A stretch of 64,000 bases of DNA from Candidatus Multivoradales bacterium (GTDB lineage Bacteria > Acidobacteriota > Thermoanaerobaculia > Multivoradales > J023). This document shows positions 1 through 9,342 of the stretch, piece after piece; position 1 is the first letter of the stretch; each line of letters opens with the position of its first letter. Made by a program: the position numbers and the translations under genes. The notes under the pieces are model-generated. The model did not search any database. It saw only the letters and a program-made list of their open reading frames with translations, and was not told where the DNA came from. The stretch spans positions 4,544,001-4,608,000 of the forward strand of contig CBDFLE010000006.1 in assembly GCA_965248925.1 (NCBI GenBank), in the 5' to 3' direction.

Positions 1-1293
1 GGGTGGACCGCTGAGGCTTGCCTTTCCGAGGCCCCCTGCGGCGCGACGTAGCAGCTCCTGCTCGGCTTCGCTGCAGTGCGACCACCAGCTCTCGTAGTGG
101 GGCCACATGAGTTGGTCGAGGTCGTCCTGGAGGTTCTCTAACGGGGTGCCTCGCCAAAGCAAGTCGCCGGCGCCTTGCAGTGCTTGCGGGAAGCCCCCTG
201 CCTGCTCTCGAACTAACGCCGAGGCTTCTCGGTCCATCCCAAGGGCCAGCAGGTTGGCTGCCGTGCTGCTGTCGAGCTGACCGACCCACACCTTGGTGGC
301 GTCGTTTAGAAAGGCCGAAGTCCGGCCGCTATGGCGGAAAGCCTGATGAAGATCTTGGTGGGCGACGCTGATCCAGATCAACTGGCCTTTCTGGCCCAAG
401 GTTCGTAGCTGGTCGAGAACACCGTCGTCGAAACGGTACTTCGGCGCGGTGAGTGCCGTCGCCTCATCAACCAGTAGAACAGCGCTACCGAGCAGCTCAA
501 GTTGCCTTTCGATCGAGCGGCCACGCAGCTCCTTGATGACCTCGTCACGGCCCAGCTGCTTCGCGGCTGTCTTGACGAACTCTTCGGCCGAACGACCGGC
601 CAGACCCTGGGCGTTGAGTCGCGCCACCGGGCGGTCTTGCCACAGGGGGGCATGCCGCTCAGCCCAGGCTAGGAGGGAGGTCTTGCCCATCCGGTGCTCG
701 CCCAAGATCTGCAACGACTGCCCCTGACGCAGAGCTTGCTCGATTTGGCGGCACCCGGCATCGCGGCCGAAGAAGTCGTCGTCGTGGACTATCGGTGGTC
801 CAACGATAAAGGGTGAGCACTCCATAGCCGCGGCTTGTGGTGGCTCGCCCACCTTGCCGATGAAACGCTTGCGGAGGTGCGGATAGTCGGCCAGCAGCTG
901 GCATAGCTCGGTGGCTCCCCAGCTCGGAACAATCTCGAGGCGTCCACCAGCCCGCTGGCGCAAGGCTCTGTCGGTGCGGTCAGAAATGTCGCAGGTGGCG
1001 ACCAGCTGATAGCGGTCGGCGGCAGGCTCAGGAGAGTCGATGACAACTTTGTCCAGCTCAGCCTTCGCAGCTGTCGGGCCAAAGTCCCGCACTCGCTTGC
1101 ATTGGGTGATGCATTGTCGACCTTCGGGGTCGATGCTGCTCAGGTCGACTCCACGGTCGTGGCCGCCAGCGCCGGTGTGGCGGACTCGGGTATGACCCTC
1201 GGCACGCAGCAGTGCGAAGCAGAATTGCTCGAAATACTTTGGCTCCAGGCTTTGCAGCCGGAAGAGAATCCACTGCTGGTCACTCTCAGGCAT
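1..1293 (-). CDS. Mrr-like restriction endonuclease domain fused to a STAND-type AAA+ ATPase (3' end beyond the window)
   Basis: Translated by hand; not in the ORF track because no stop lies in the window. ATG at 1293 follows GGGGAGAG and the frame is open to base 1. N-terminus FEQFCFALLRAEG..TGAGGHDRGVDL..ITQCKR is a PD-(D/E)xK Mrr_cat signature. It is followed by SPFIVGPPI..FFGR, Walker A GEHRMGKTS, Walker B LLVDEA and the STAND GxP motif GGFPQAL. Confidence 0.85.
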   Translation of the reverse strand, partial: MPESDQQWILFRLQSLEPKYFEQFCFALLRAEGHTRVRHTGAGGHDRGVDLSSIDPEGRQCITQCKRVRDFGPTAAKAELDKVVIDSPEPAADRYQLVATCDISDRTDRALRQRAGGRLEIVPSWGATELCQLLADYPHLRKRFIGKVGEPPQAAAMECSPFIVGPPIVHDDDFFGRDAGCRQIEQALRQGQSLQILGEHRMGKTSLLAWAERHAPLWQDRPVARLNAQGLAGRSAEEFVKTAAKQLGRDEVIKELRGRSIERQLELLGSAVLLVDEATALTAPKYRFDDGVLDQLRTLGQKGQLIWISVAHQDLHQAFRHSGRTSAFLNDATKVWVGQLDSSTAANLLALGMDREASALVREQAGGFPQALQGAGDLLWRGTPLENLQDDLDQLMWPHYESWWSHCSEAEQELLRRAAGGLGKASLSGPP

Positions 1294-1511
1294 CCGCTCT
1301 CCCCAGGGAGATTCAACACACGCTCGGAAATGGGTCAGCGCGAGGTTATCAAAATGCGGAGCCGAAGGTGCCGAGTGGTCCTGGCGAGGGCAGTTCAGTG
1401 AGTTCGATCAGTCCTTGAAGGCGATTGATAGTCCAAGGTGATTTTCTTGATCATTTTCGGTGCTCATCAGCGACATGCTGGCGCCGCCCGGATCGGCGAC
1501 GCCATTCAATA

Positions 1512-2951
1512 TTACTGCGGCGGTCCTGGCCAGGTCATGAAGTAGCCGTCGGTCCAGATCACGTCACGGTGGAATTCGTCCGGGGTGAATGCACTGATCG
1601 TATAGCGGTGGCCGGAGAATTTGCCGTCTTTGCCGGTCGCGCGAATACCAGCGACACTACGGTTGCTGGCGAAGCGGGTGTCGAGGCAGAACTGGTAGTC
1701 GTTTCCCCATGGGTCGCTCCGCGGTAGCTCGGGCAGGCTGTTGGGAACCAACAGTGATTGCAAAGCCTGGTAGCTGATCGACGGACAGGCGTTCCAATCG
1801 GTGGTGGTTTCCTCTTCTTCGTCGGGGGCGGTCAGCTTGCCAGCCGGTTGGTGAGTAGTTAGCCAAGTGAGCATCACTCTGCCGGTCGTTCGAAGGTCGG
1901 CGATCGTCTGTGCTTGCTTTAAGCGATCTTGCTCTAATTCGCTGAGCTCAGGCTCGCTGTTACTTGCGCTGCCGGAGCCGGCTGCTGGCAGCGCGTCGGT
2001 AAGGCTGAACACGGCGAGGATTGCCAACACGTCGGCGGCGAGGAAGGCACGTTTGGGCGAGGGGGGGAGGTAATTCGAGATCATCTGGATCCTTCTTTCG
2101 AGGGTTTGTTTGGAGGAGATCCCCAACGCAGAGGCCGGTAGGGGATTCTGGGTGCTCAAGCGGAGCAAGGTTTGACCGTAGCGCGGCCGCTCAGCATGCT
2201 CGAGTTGACGCAGAACGGCGGCGTCGCAAGCGAGTTCACAATCGTCAGCGAAGCGGCGCACGGCCCAATGCAACAGCGGGTTAAACCAGTGGATAGCGGC
2301 CAGCCAACCGGCTAGCTGCAAGCTCAAGGGATCGCGCCGGTGAAGATGAGCCAGCTCGTGTAGCAGAACGTGGTGGATTTCTTCGTCGCTCAGGCCCTGG
2401 CCGAAACCTGGTGGCAGGACCACTCGTGGCCGCAGAACTCCGCAGGCCACCGGGCCACCCAGACCGGCGGCTTCGATCAGCTTGACTCTGCCGCTGCTCC
2501 TCAGAGTGCCTTGGCAGGTGGCGAAAATCGAAGCCACGCGGCCCTCGCGGAGCGTCCGTCCTCGGCGCAGAGCGAGCCGCAAGCCTCGGCTAGCCCACAG
2601 ACGACGGCCGGCGAGGATCAAGAAGCTCACCGTCCACAGGCCGACAACCCACGCCATCGGGGAGATTTCTTGAGCCGGCTGCGCCGCTACTCCAGTGGTG
2701 ATGGGTACCGGCGCCGAAAGAGCCGGCAGGGCGGCCATCGGTGAATAATCGCTGGTGAGTTGGAAGAGGCTCCAGGGGCTGGCCGGCAGGGATGGGAGCA
2801 GCAGGCGTAGGAACACCAACGACCACAGGCCATGCCGCCAGGCCGCCGGCAGGTGAGACCTGAGCAGGTGCTGGCTACCTAAGACCAAGATAACAACGGC
2901 GGTTGCCTCGGCTGAAGGCCACAGGACGAGGTCGGGCAGAAGATGGGTCAT
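1512..2951 (-). CDS. BlaR1/MecR1-family M56 metallopeptidase signal transducer with a C-terminal GspG/pseudopilin-like domain
   Basis: N-terminal TM segments, zinc motif HELAHLHRRD, ELACD and LERRIQMI. C-terminus has TIADLR..DPWGNDY..IRATGKDG..DVIWTDGYFMTWP. Overlaps the upstream blaI-like gene by 4 bp. Confidence 0.85.
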   Translation of the reverse strand: MTHLLPDLVLWPSAEATAVVILVLGSQHLLRSHLPAAWRHGLWSLVFLRLLLPSLPASPWSLFQLTSDYSPMAALPALSAPVPITTGVAAQPAQEISPMAWVVGLWTVSFLILAGRRLWASRGLRLALRRGRTLREGRVASIFATCQGTLRSSGRVKLIEAAGLGGPVACGVLRPRVVLPPGFGQGLSDEEIHHVLLHELAHLHRRDPLSLQLAGWLAAIHWFNPLLHWAVRRFADDCELACDAAVLRQLEHAERPRYGQTLLRLSTQNPLPASALGISSKQTLERRIQMISNYLPPSPKRAFLAADVLAILAVFSLTDALPAAGSGSASNSEPELSELEQDRLKQAQTIADLRTTGRVMLTWLTTHQPAGKLTAPDEEEETTTDWNACPSISYQALQSLLVPNSLPELPRSDPWGNDYQFCLDTRFASNRSVAGIRATGKDGKFSGHRYTISAFTPDEFHRDVIWTDGYFMTWPGPPQ

Positions 2952-3349
2952 TGGTCTCGACTTCTGCCTTGGCCGCGGCTATCGCTGCTTTCGAGCAGGC
3001 GATGGAGCTTGGCGATTTGCTCTTCACTGAGTTCAACCTCCTGCGCGAAATGGGCCAGCAGCGAAGCGCCGTCGCCGCGAAAAACCCGGCGCAAGAAAGA
3101 GCGGCTCTCGTGTCGAATGATCTCGCTGCGCCGCACCGCCGGCCGGTAGAGATAGCGCGCGCCGTCTTCCTGATAGGTCACGAAGCCCTTCTTGACCAGC
3201 CGGCCCAACAGGGTCTTGATGGTCTTCGGCCGCCAATCGGTGAGCCCGCAGAGCCGTTCGACCACCTCGCTCGAGGAAGTGGGCGACCGGTCCCAAAGAA
3301 CGTTCATGACTTGCCATTCGGCATCGGAGATCTTGGGGTTGTCGGCCAT
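2948..3349 (-). CDS. BlaI/MecI/CopY family transcriptional repressor
   Basis: ISDAEWQVMNVLW..W..KTIKTLLGRLVKKG..YLYRP winged-helix signature. Confidence 0.93.
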   Translation of the reverse strand: MADNPKISDAEWQVMNVLWDRSPTSSSEVVERLCGLTDWRPKTIKTLLGRLVKKGFVTYQEDGARYLYRPAVRRSEIIRHESRSFLRRVFRGDGASLLAHFAQEVELSEEQIAKLHRLLESSDSRGQGRSRDQ

Positions 3350-3377
3350 GTAGGTACCTTGTGAATGAATGCTTGAT

Positions 3378-3419
3378 TACGACTGTAGTCAGTTTGACTA
3401 CAAACGTAAGCGAAGTCAA
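3378..3419 (-). promoter_or_regulatory. Two BlaI-type operator boxes overlapping the blaI-like promoter
   Basis: TACGACTGTA (3378-3387) and TACAAACGTA (3399-3408) resemble TACA-NN-TGTA and are 21 bp apart. On the minus strand, TTGACT (3414-3419)-N17-CAAACT. Confidence 0.65.
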
Positions 3420-3547
3420 GAAGAGACTGCCCTCGCCTGGACCCGTGGGGAGTTGCTGGTTGCCGGCCAATGCTGGTTCGAGTCGCGATAGGATCAGGGA
3501 CGCTTAGATCTACAGCTTGCTGGCTCACTAACCGAGACCTCAACCCC

Positions 3548-5815
3548 GTGACATTTTCGTCGAGATATCCCCTGCTGCTCCTGCCATTCCTCGCCCTGGC
3601 CTGTGGGCCACCGACCGAGGAACGGGTGGTCTACGATCTAGTCGCCGATTTGTCAGCCGCCGAGGTACTGGTGGAACCGACTCGGTTGGAGCTGGGTGGG
3701 CCGGCGGCGCGAGCCTATTTCCGGGGTGGCTTTTCTCGCGGTGCGGTCGATGCCACCGACAACATGCCCTACGTCTGGGGGCTGGGCGAAGCCTCTGAGA
3801 TGCGTATTCCCTTAGTGGCGAAGCGTGATCTGAGCCTCACGTTCGAGGTCAAGCCGCTGGATTGGGAGGTCGCCCCGGCGCAGCACATCAAGGTGCTGCT
3901 CAATGGTGTCGAGGTCGACGATCTGGAGTTCTGGCCCGGTCGGCGTGAGCATTCGGTGGTGCTGCCGGCGGCGGCACAGCGGTTGGGCGAGAATGTGCTG
4001 CGCTTCGAATATCGTTGGAGCCGGTCGCCGCGGGAGTTGTTTCCGGGCAATTCCGACAATCGGCAGCTGGCGGTGGCTTGGTATTGGCTGCGGCTGGGGG
4101 ATCGCGGGGAGGCCGAGGTGCCGCGGGGTGAGGATGAGCTGCTGGTGCTGCCGGTGGGTTCGCAAATCGACTATCACCTGATGTTGCCAGCCGCGGCCGA
4201 GCTGTACGCACAGTCGTGGGCGGTTCGCGGTGGGCAGGATGCGCGGCTGGAAGTAGCGGTAGAGGAAGCCGACGGCGCGCGGACGGAGCGACGTCCTGAG
4301 ATCGGGTCCGGGCCGTTGCGGCTGCCGCTGGCGATCAGCAAGTCCAAGACATCGCGCCTGGTGCGCTTGTCGCTGCGGGCGGTGCCGGGAACCGCCGGTG
4401 AGGCCGCGGCGGTGGTCCTGCGGCAGCCACGGATCCTTGCCCAAATGGTGATCGAGGATAAATCGCCGGTGGCAGCCGGCGCCGAAACGGTGGTAGGCGC
4501 AAGCACCAACGGCGAGCGCCGCCCTGATCTGCTGGTCTACCTGATCGATACTCTGCGCGCTGACTATCTGGGGGTCTATGGGCAAGAACGCGATCTCAGT
4601 CCGAGGATCGACGCCTTTGCCGCTGGCGCCACGGTTTTCGCCAATGCCCAAGCACAGTCGTCGTGGACGCGCTCTTCGGTGGCCTCGATCTTCACCGGTC
4701 TGTGGCCGCTGGCTCACGGCGCCAATCGGCGTACTGACAAGCTCAGTTCCGAGGCGCTCACCCTGGCCGAGTTGCTCGGTGCGGCGGGTTATCGCACTGC
4801 TGCGTTCGTGACCAACCCCAACGTCACTCCGACTTTTGGCTTCGATCAAGGTTTCGATCATTTCGAGTATCTGGGTGAGGCGGCTACCGCCTCAGAGGTC
4901 AGCGAGCAAGTGTTGCAGTGGCTCGACGATTCGAACGCTGGTGGTGAGTCTGGTGCTGAGGAAGACCGGCCCCTACTGCTCTATGTACACACCATCGATC
5001 CGCACACTCCTTACGTGCCGGCAGCGGAGTTGCGACGGCGCTTCGCACCTGGCATCTCGGCGGCGGCGGCACGGCGCTCTTCGCAAACGGTCAACGATTT
5101 GCAGGCCGGCCGTCGGCCGGTGACCCCCGAGGCACTGACCGAGTTAACCAGCCTCTATGCCGCCGAGGTTGCCGCTGCCGATGCCGGATTTGGCGAGCTG
5201 CTCGACGGTCTAGAGGGCCGTGATCGTCTTCGCCACACCGCGGTAGTGATGCTGTCGGACCACGGCGAAGAATTCTACGAGCATGGCAACTTCGAGCACG
5301 GCAAGGCTCTCCATGTGGAGTCCTTGCGGGTACCGTTGATTATCCGCTTGCCGGCGCAGACCGTGGGCCAGCGCTGCTCAGAGATGGTGCAACATATCGA
5401 TCTGCTACCGACTTTGCTCGAGCTGGCGGTGGCCAGCGGGCCGGGGGGGCTTGGGGGGCGCAGTCTGGTGTCGTTGCTCGACGGCGGCGGCAATGCTAGC
5501 GATGGATCCCTCGGCGAGCGCCCTCACCATGCCTACCTGCACCTTGATGGGCCCGCGCGGGTGGCGATCCTCGAGGGCGGCTACAAGGCCATTCATCGGG
5601 TTCAGGATGGGCGGCTAATATGGCCTCGCTTGTTCGATCTCGCGGCGGACCCCGAGGAACTTGCCGAGCTGGAGGGCGAACGGCCGTTGCGCCTCGGCTA
5701 TATGGCGGCCCAGACGCGGGCTCGCTTGGCGCGCCCTGGCGGGCTATCGGCTGAGCGGGCGGACCTCGATGAGGAGCTGCGCGACAGTCTGCGCGCCCTC
5801 GGCTATTTGGATTGA
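3548..5815 (+). CDS. Sulfatase-like hydrolase/transferase, probable lipoprotein
   Basis: Motifs DTLRAD, SSWTRSSVASIFTG, DPHTPY, SDHGEEF, LRALGYL; lipobox-like LALAC. GTG at 3548 preferred over 3470. Confidence 0.85.
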   Translation: MTFSSRYPLLLLPFLALACGPPTEERVVYDLVADLSAAEVLVEPTRLELGGPAARAYFRGGFSRGAVDATDNMPYVWGLGEASEMRIPLVAKRDLSLTFEVKPLDWEVAPAQHIKVLLNGVEVDDLEFWPGRREHSVVLPAAAQRLGENVLRFEYRWSRSPRELFPGNSDNRQLAVAWYWLRLGDRGEAEVPRGEDELLVLPVGSQIDYHLMLPAAAELYAQSWAVRGGQDARLEVAVEEADGARTERRPEIGSGPLRLPLAISKSKTSRLVRLSLRAVPGTAGEAAAVVLRQPRILAQMVIEDKSPVAAGAETVVGASTNGERRPDLLVYLIDTLRADYLGVYGQERDLSPRIDAFAAGATVFANAQAQSSWTRSSVASIFTGLWPLAHGANRRTDKLSSEALTLAELLGAAGYRTAAFVTNPNVTPTFGFDQGFDHFEYLGEAATASEVSEQVLQWLDDSNAGGESGAEEDRPLLLYVHTIDPHTPYVPAAELRRRFAPGISAAAARRSSQTVNDLQAGRRPVTPEALTELTSLYAAEVAAADAGFGELLDGLEGRDRLRHTAVVMLSDHGEEFYEHGNFEHGKALHVESLRVPLIIRLPAQTVGQRCSEMVQHIDLLPTLLELAVASGPGGLGGRSLVSLLDGGGNASDGSLGERPHHAYLHLDGPARVAILEGGYKAIHRVQDGRLIWPRLFDLAADPEELAELEGERPLRLGYMAAQTRARLARPGGLSAERADLDEELRDSLRALGYLD

Positions 5816-5947
5816 GCGAAGGGCGCTGCTAGCTGCATGACTAGCAGGGGATCTACAGCGCGATAAGATGCACCGTGGATTCTGATTTCAAGCCACGTTA
5901 CGACAGGCCCGGGGCGGTGGGGAGTAGCGACTTGGGAGGACAGCCTA

Positions 5948-7894
5948 ATGCACTTCAAGCGGTCGATTGTCGAGAACCTCATCTACGGCGCCCCCGATAC
6001 GCCGCGCTACACTCAGGACTCGCCGGTATTGCCGGATGTTTGGTTCGGCTATGGGCGCCGTCCAGGCGAACCTATCGACCTCCTGCTGACCCCGCATGTG
6101 GATTCCGGCGCTGGTGCTTTGGCGGTGTGCCTGCGTGATCGCCTGACGGCGGAGCGCAAGGGCGGGCGGCGCGGCGCGGCGGACATCGCCTACACTCAAA
6201 GCTACGTTGTTGCCCGCTTGTATCTCGACGAGTTAGTGCGCCTCGCCCTGCCCTTGACCGGCTGGTGGCGGGACTATGTCTGGGCGTCGACCCGGCAGCT
6301 GTCGCACTCGAAAAATCATCAGACCCCGCCCCTCGATCGCTTGGCCGAGCCCAAGTTGCGAGTGCTGATGGAGCGGGCGTTGGCCACCTTCGAGCAGGCC
6401 GAGGAGGCGGGTGTCAGCCAAGCGTCGGAGGAACGACGTGCCGATCTACCGATCGATCTGCTGTGGATGATGCGCATCGTCGGCAGCCTGGCATGGCTGG
6501 CCGATTGCCAAACTAGGGATCTTGGCAAGAGTTCTACGGAAGATCTTACCGAGTTGCCCGAGCCGTCTGAGATGGTCGACGCCATTGTCGAGCTGCTCGG
6601 AGATTTGCCGGAGGTCAGCAAAGACGATCCGTTGCTGCTCTGGCAGGTCAACTTGAACCGTGCCGCCAAGACCGCGGTCAGCCGTTCATCGTTGGCGATC
6701 AAGGCCGATGCCGCGCGATTGTTGTTCGAGGTGCATTGCAACAAACTGTCTTGGGCGGTGGTCGATAGCGGCATCGATGCTCGTCACCCGTCGTTTTGGC
6801 ACCGCCTACCGCCGGGGCAGCATGATCCTCGGGACGAAGACGACGAAGACCTCGAACTCGAACATTGGGCAGAGCGTACGCGGGTCAAAGAGACATTCGA
6901 CTTCACCCGCGTGCGAGTGTTGCTCAATCCCAGCCGGCTGGCGCGGCCCCAGAGCTTGCCGGAGCCGGTGCGCAAGCTACTCGAAGAGGGGCCGCCGGAA
7001 CGTTGTAAAGAACTGCGCCAACAGCTCAAGGAACTCAAGCGTCGCCTGCTGCGGGGCCGGTCGATCGATTGGCAGTTGTTAGAATCCTTCCTACGGGTGC
7101 CGCACGACGATGCCTACTTGCCGCCGCGTTCCGAGCACGGCACTCACGTTGCTGGCATCTTGGCGGCCGACTGGCCGCAGGAGGGGTTGCAGGGCATTTG
7201 CCCAGACCTCAATCTCTACGATTTACGAGTTCTCGACCCACAAGGGGAGAACGATGAGTTCACCGTCCTTGCCGCGTTGCAATTCGTCGACTATCTAAAT
7301 GCCAAGAAAGAGTTTCTATCGATCCACGGCGCCAATCTCAGTCTGGCGATCCATCATGAAGTCGCCAACTATGCTTGTGGCCGGACGCCGATTTGTGAGG
7401 AGTGTGAGCGGCTGGTGAGTTCAGGAGTAGTGGTGGTGGCGGCGGCGGGCAACGAAGGACATCAGCAATACCAGACTGCCAAGGGTTTGCGCGATGGCTA
7501 CAACACAGTGTCAATCACCGATCCGGGCAATGCCGCCGGGGTGATCACCGTCGGTTCGACCCACCGCGATCAGCCACACAACTACGGTGTCAGCTACTTC
7601 TCTAGCCGCGGTCCCACCGGCGATGGCCGATTGAAACCGGATCTGGTGGCGCCGGGGGAGAAGATCGTTGCGCCGACGCCGCACCGCAATCGGCGGCGCA
7701 AGGATGGCACCTCGATGGCGGCACCCCATGTTAGCGGTGCGGCGGCGATGTTGATGGCTCGCTACAGCGAGTTGATCGGCGAGCCCCAACGGATCAAGAA
7801 AGCTCTCTGTGACACTGCCACCGACCTCGGTCGCGAACGTTATTTCCAAGGCGCCGGCATGCTCGACGTGCTGCGCGCTCTCCAATCAATCTAA
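5948..7894 (+). CDS. Cytoplasmic S8 subtilisin-family serine peptidase
   Basis: Catalytic motifs VVDSGID, HGTHVAGI, AAAGN, GTSMAAPHVSG; no signal peptide; RBS GGAGG. Confidence 0.92.
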   Translation: MHFKRSIVENLIYGAPDTPRYTQDSPVLPDVWFGYGRRPGEPIDLLLTPHVDSGAGALAVCLRDRLTAERKGGRRGAADIAYTQSYVVARLYLDELVRLALPLTGWWRDYVWASTRQLSHSKNHQTPPLDRLAEPKLRVLMERALATFEQAEEAGVSQASEERRADLPIDLLWMMRIVGSLAWLADCQTRDLGKSSTEDLTELPEPSEMVDAIVELLGDLPEVSKDDPLLLWQVNLNRAAKTAVSRSSLAIKADAARLLFEVHCNKLSWAVVDSGIDARHPSFWHRLPPGQHDPRDEDDEDLELEHWAERTRVKETFDFTRVRVLLNPSRLARPQSLPEPVRKLLEEGPPERCKELRQQLKELKRRLLRGRSIDWQLLESFLRVPHDDAYLPPRSEHGTHVAGILAADWPQEGLQGICPDLNLYDLRVLDPQGENDEFTVLAALQFVDYLNAKKEFLSIHGANLSLAIHHEVANYACGRTPICEECERLVSSGVVVVAAAGNEGHQQYQTAKGLRDGYNTVSITDPGNAAGVITVGSTHRDQPHNYGVSYFSSRGPTGDGRLKPDLVAPGEKIVAPTPHRNRRRKDGTSMAAPHVSGAAAMLMARYSELIGEPQRIKKALCDTATDLGRERYFQGAGMLDVLRALQSI

Positions 7895-7904
7895 GGAGGT
7901 ATCG

Positions 7905-9101
7905 ATGTTATTTACCCTCGAAGTACTACAAGCTAAGAAAGGTGACGCCCTGCTCCTGCATCTGGGCTCGGCCGACGATCCACGATTGATCGTGCTCGAT
8001 GGAGGACCCTCAGGGGTCTACAGCAAGAGCCTACGACCGCGTCTCGATGAGCTGCGGGCGGCGCGCAATCCTGGTGGGCCGTTGAATATTGATCTGATGA
8101 TGGTCAGCCACATCGACGACGATCACATCCACGGCTTGATCGATCTGACCGACAAGCTGATCGACCAGCAGAGCGATCAACAAGAACTCGATTACCGCAT
8201 TCACGGCCTGTGGCACAACGCCTTCGACGACGTGTTGGGCAACAACTCAGAGGTGCTGTTAGAGATCGTGGGCGAGATCGTCGGCGAGGCTTCGGCCGGA
8301 GGTGGCGCGGCGGCGCTAACCGGTCTCAGTCAGCCGGCGTCGCTGGTCTTGGCCAGTGTCGGCCAGGGGCAGTGCCTGCGCGACAACGCCAACGCTCTGG
8401 GCATCGAACTCAACAGCGCTGGCGAGGGTGGATTGATCGTCGCGCCGGGGGATGGTTCGGCCCTCGACCACTCGCTGGCCGCGGGGGTCGAGACCTTGGT
8501 CGTCGGCCCCAGCAAGGCACGTTTGCGCAAGCTGCAGGAAGACTGGGACAAGAAAGTCGAGAAACAGCAGCAAAAAGCCGAAGCTGCGGCCTATCTGGAC
8601 AAGTCGGTCTACAACCTCGCGTCGCTGGTGCTGCTATTACGCGCTGAGGGCAAAGAAATGCTGCTCACTGGCGATGCCCGCGGCGACGACATCCTGGCCG
8701 GCATGGCCGAAGCCGGCTTACTCGATGACGATGGTGGTCGCCACGTTGACGTTCTCAAGTTGCCGCACCACGGTAGTGACCGCAACGTCGAAACCGATTT
8801 CTTTCGCGACATCACCGCCGACCATTACGTGATTTCCGGCGATGGCGCCCACGGTAACCCCGAACTGGCCACTTACGAGATGCTGTTCAGCGCCCGTCGC
8901 CAGGACAATCGCCCTTTCACTCTTTACCTGACTTATCCGCTAGAAGAGCACAAGGGTCACCGGGGCCATCCTTATCCGGTAGCGGAAGTGGAGGCTCTGT
9001 TCAGTCGCGAGCGCGACGCCGGACAGCGATTCGACGTGGTGTTCCCGGCGGCTGGCAAGACTTCGACGGTGATCGATCTGCTCGATCCTTTCGTTAGTTG
9101 A
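7905..9101 (+). CDS. Metallo-beta-lactamase-fold hydrolase (ComEC/Rec2-like)
   Basis: GDALLL, DGGP, SHIDDDHIHG (HxDxDH), LTGDA, LPHHGS, HGNP. AAGGAGGT precedes ATG 7905, 10 bp after the S8 stop. Confidence 0.88.
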   Translation: MLFTLEVLQAKKGDALLLHLGSADDPRLIVLDGGPSGVYSKSLRPRLDELRAARNPGGPLNIDLMMVSHIDDDHIHGLIDLTDKLIDQQSDQQELDYRIHGLWHNAFDDVLGNNSEVLLEIVGEIVGEASAGGGAAALTGLSQPASLVLASVGQGQCLRDNANALGIELNSAGEGGLIVAPGDGSALDHSLAAGVETLVVGPSKARLRKLQEDWDKKVEKQQQKAEAAAYLDKSVYNLASLVLLLRAEGKEMLLTGDARGDDILAGMAEAGLLDDDGGRHVDVLKLPHHGSDRNVETDFFRDITADHYVISGDGAHGNPELATYEMLFSARRQDNRPFTLYLTYPLEEHKGHRGHPYPVAEVEALFSRERDAGQRFDVVFPAAGKTSTVIDLLDPFVS

Positions 9102-9342
9102 GCGCCCGGCCCAGGGTGCAGGCTCGCTGAGTCGATCGCGCCGAGCCTGTCAGGGGTAGAAAACCGTGGTCGGCGTTTGCGGACTGCCAGACGGCTACTA
9201 CCGAAACGGCGGCTCTACTGGTCAAGGCAAGTCCGGTCCGTCGAGGTTACCCAATTTGAAGCGGTGGGTCTGCTGAGCCGCTCTTAGCGCGCCCGCAGTG
9301 GGTTCATATGGTTAGAGGATCAAGGAGGCGTCCGCCGCGACC

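Noticed and set aside
1-9101. Single AVAST type I system (STAND + protease + MBL)
   Set aside because: The STAND gene is on the opposite strand, 4.6 kb away, and separated by blaRI-like and sulfatase genes. The protease is S8 rather than trypsin-like. Kept as separate findings.
9102-9342. Possible ncRNA or small ORF between the MBL gene and nudI
   Set aside because: Only one modest hairpin (CAGGCTCG/CGAGCCTG); no promoter, RBS or recognisable RNA motif.
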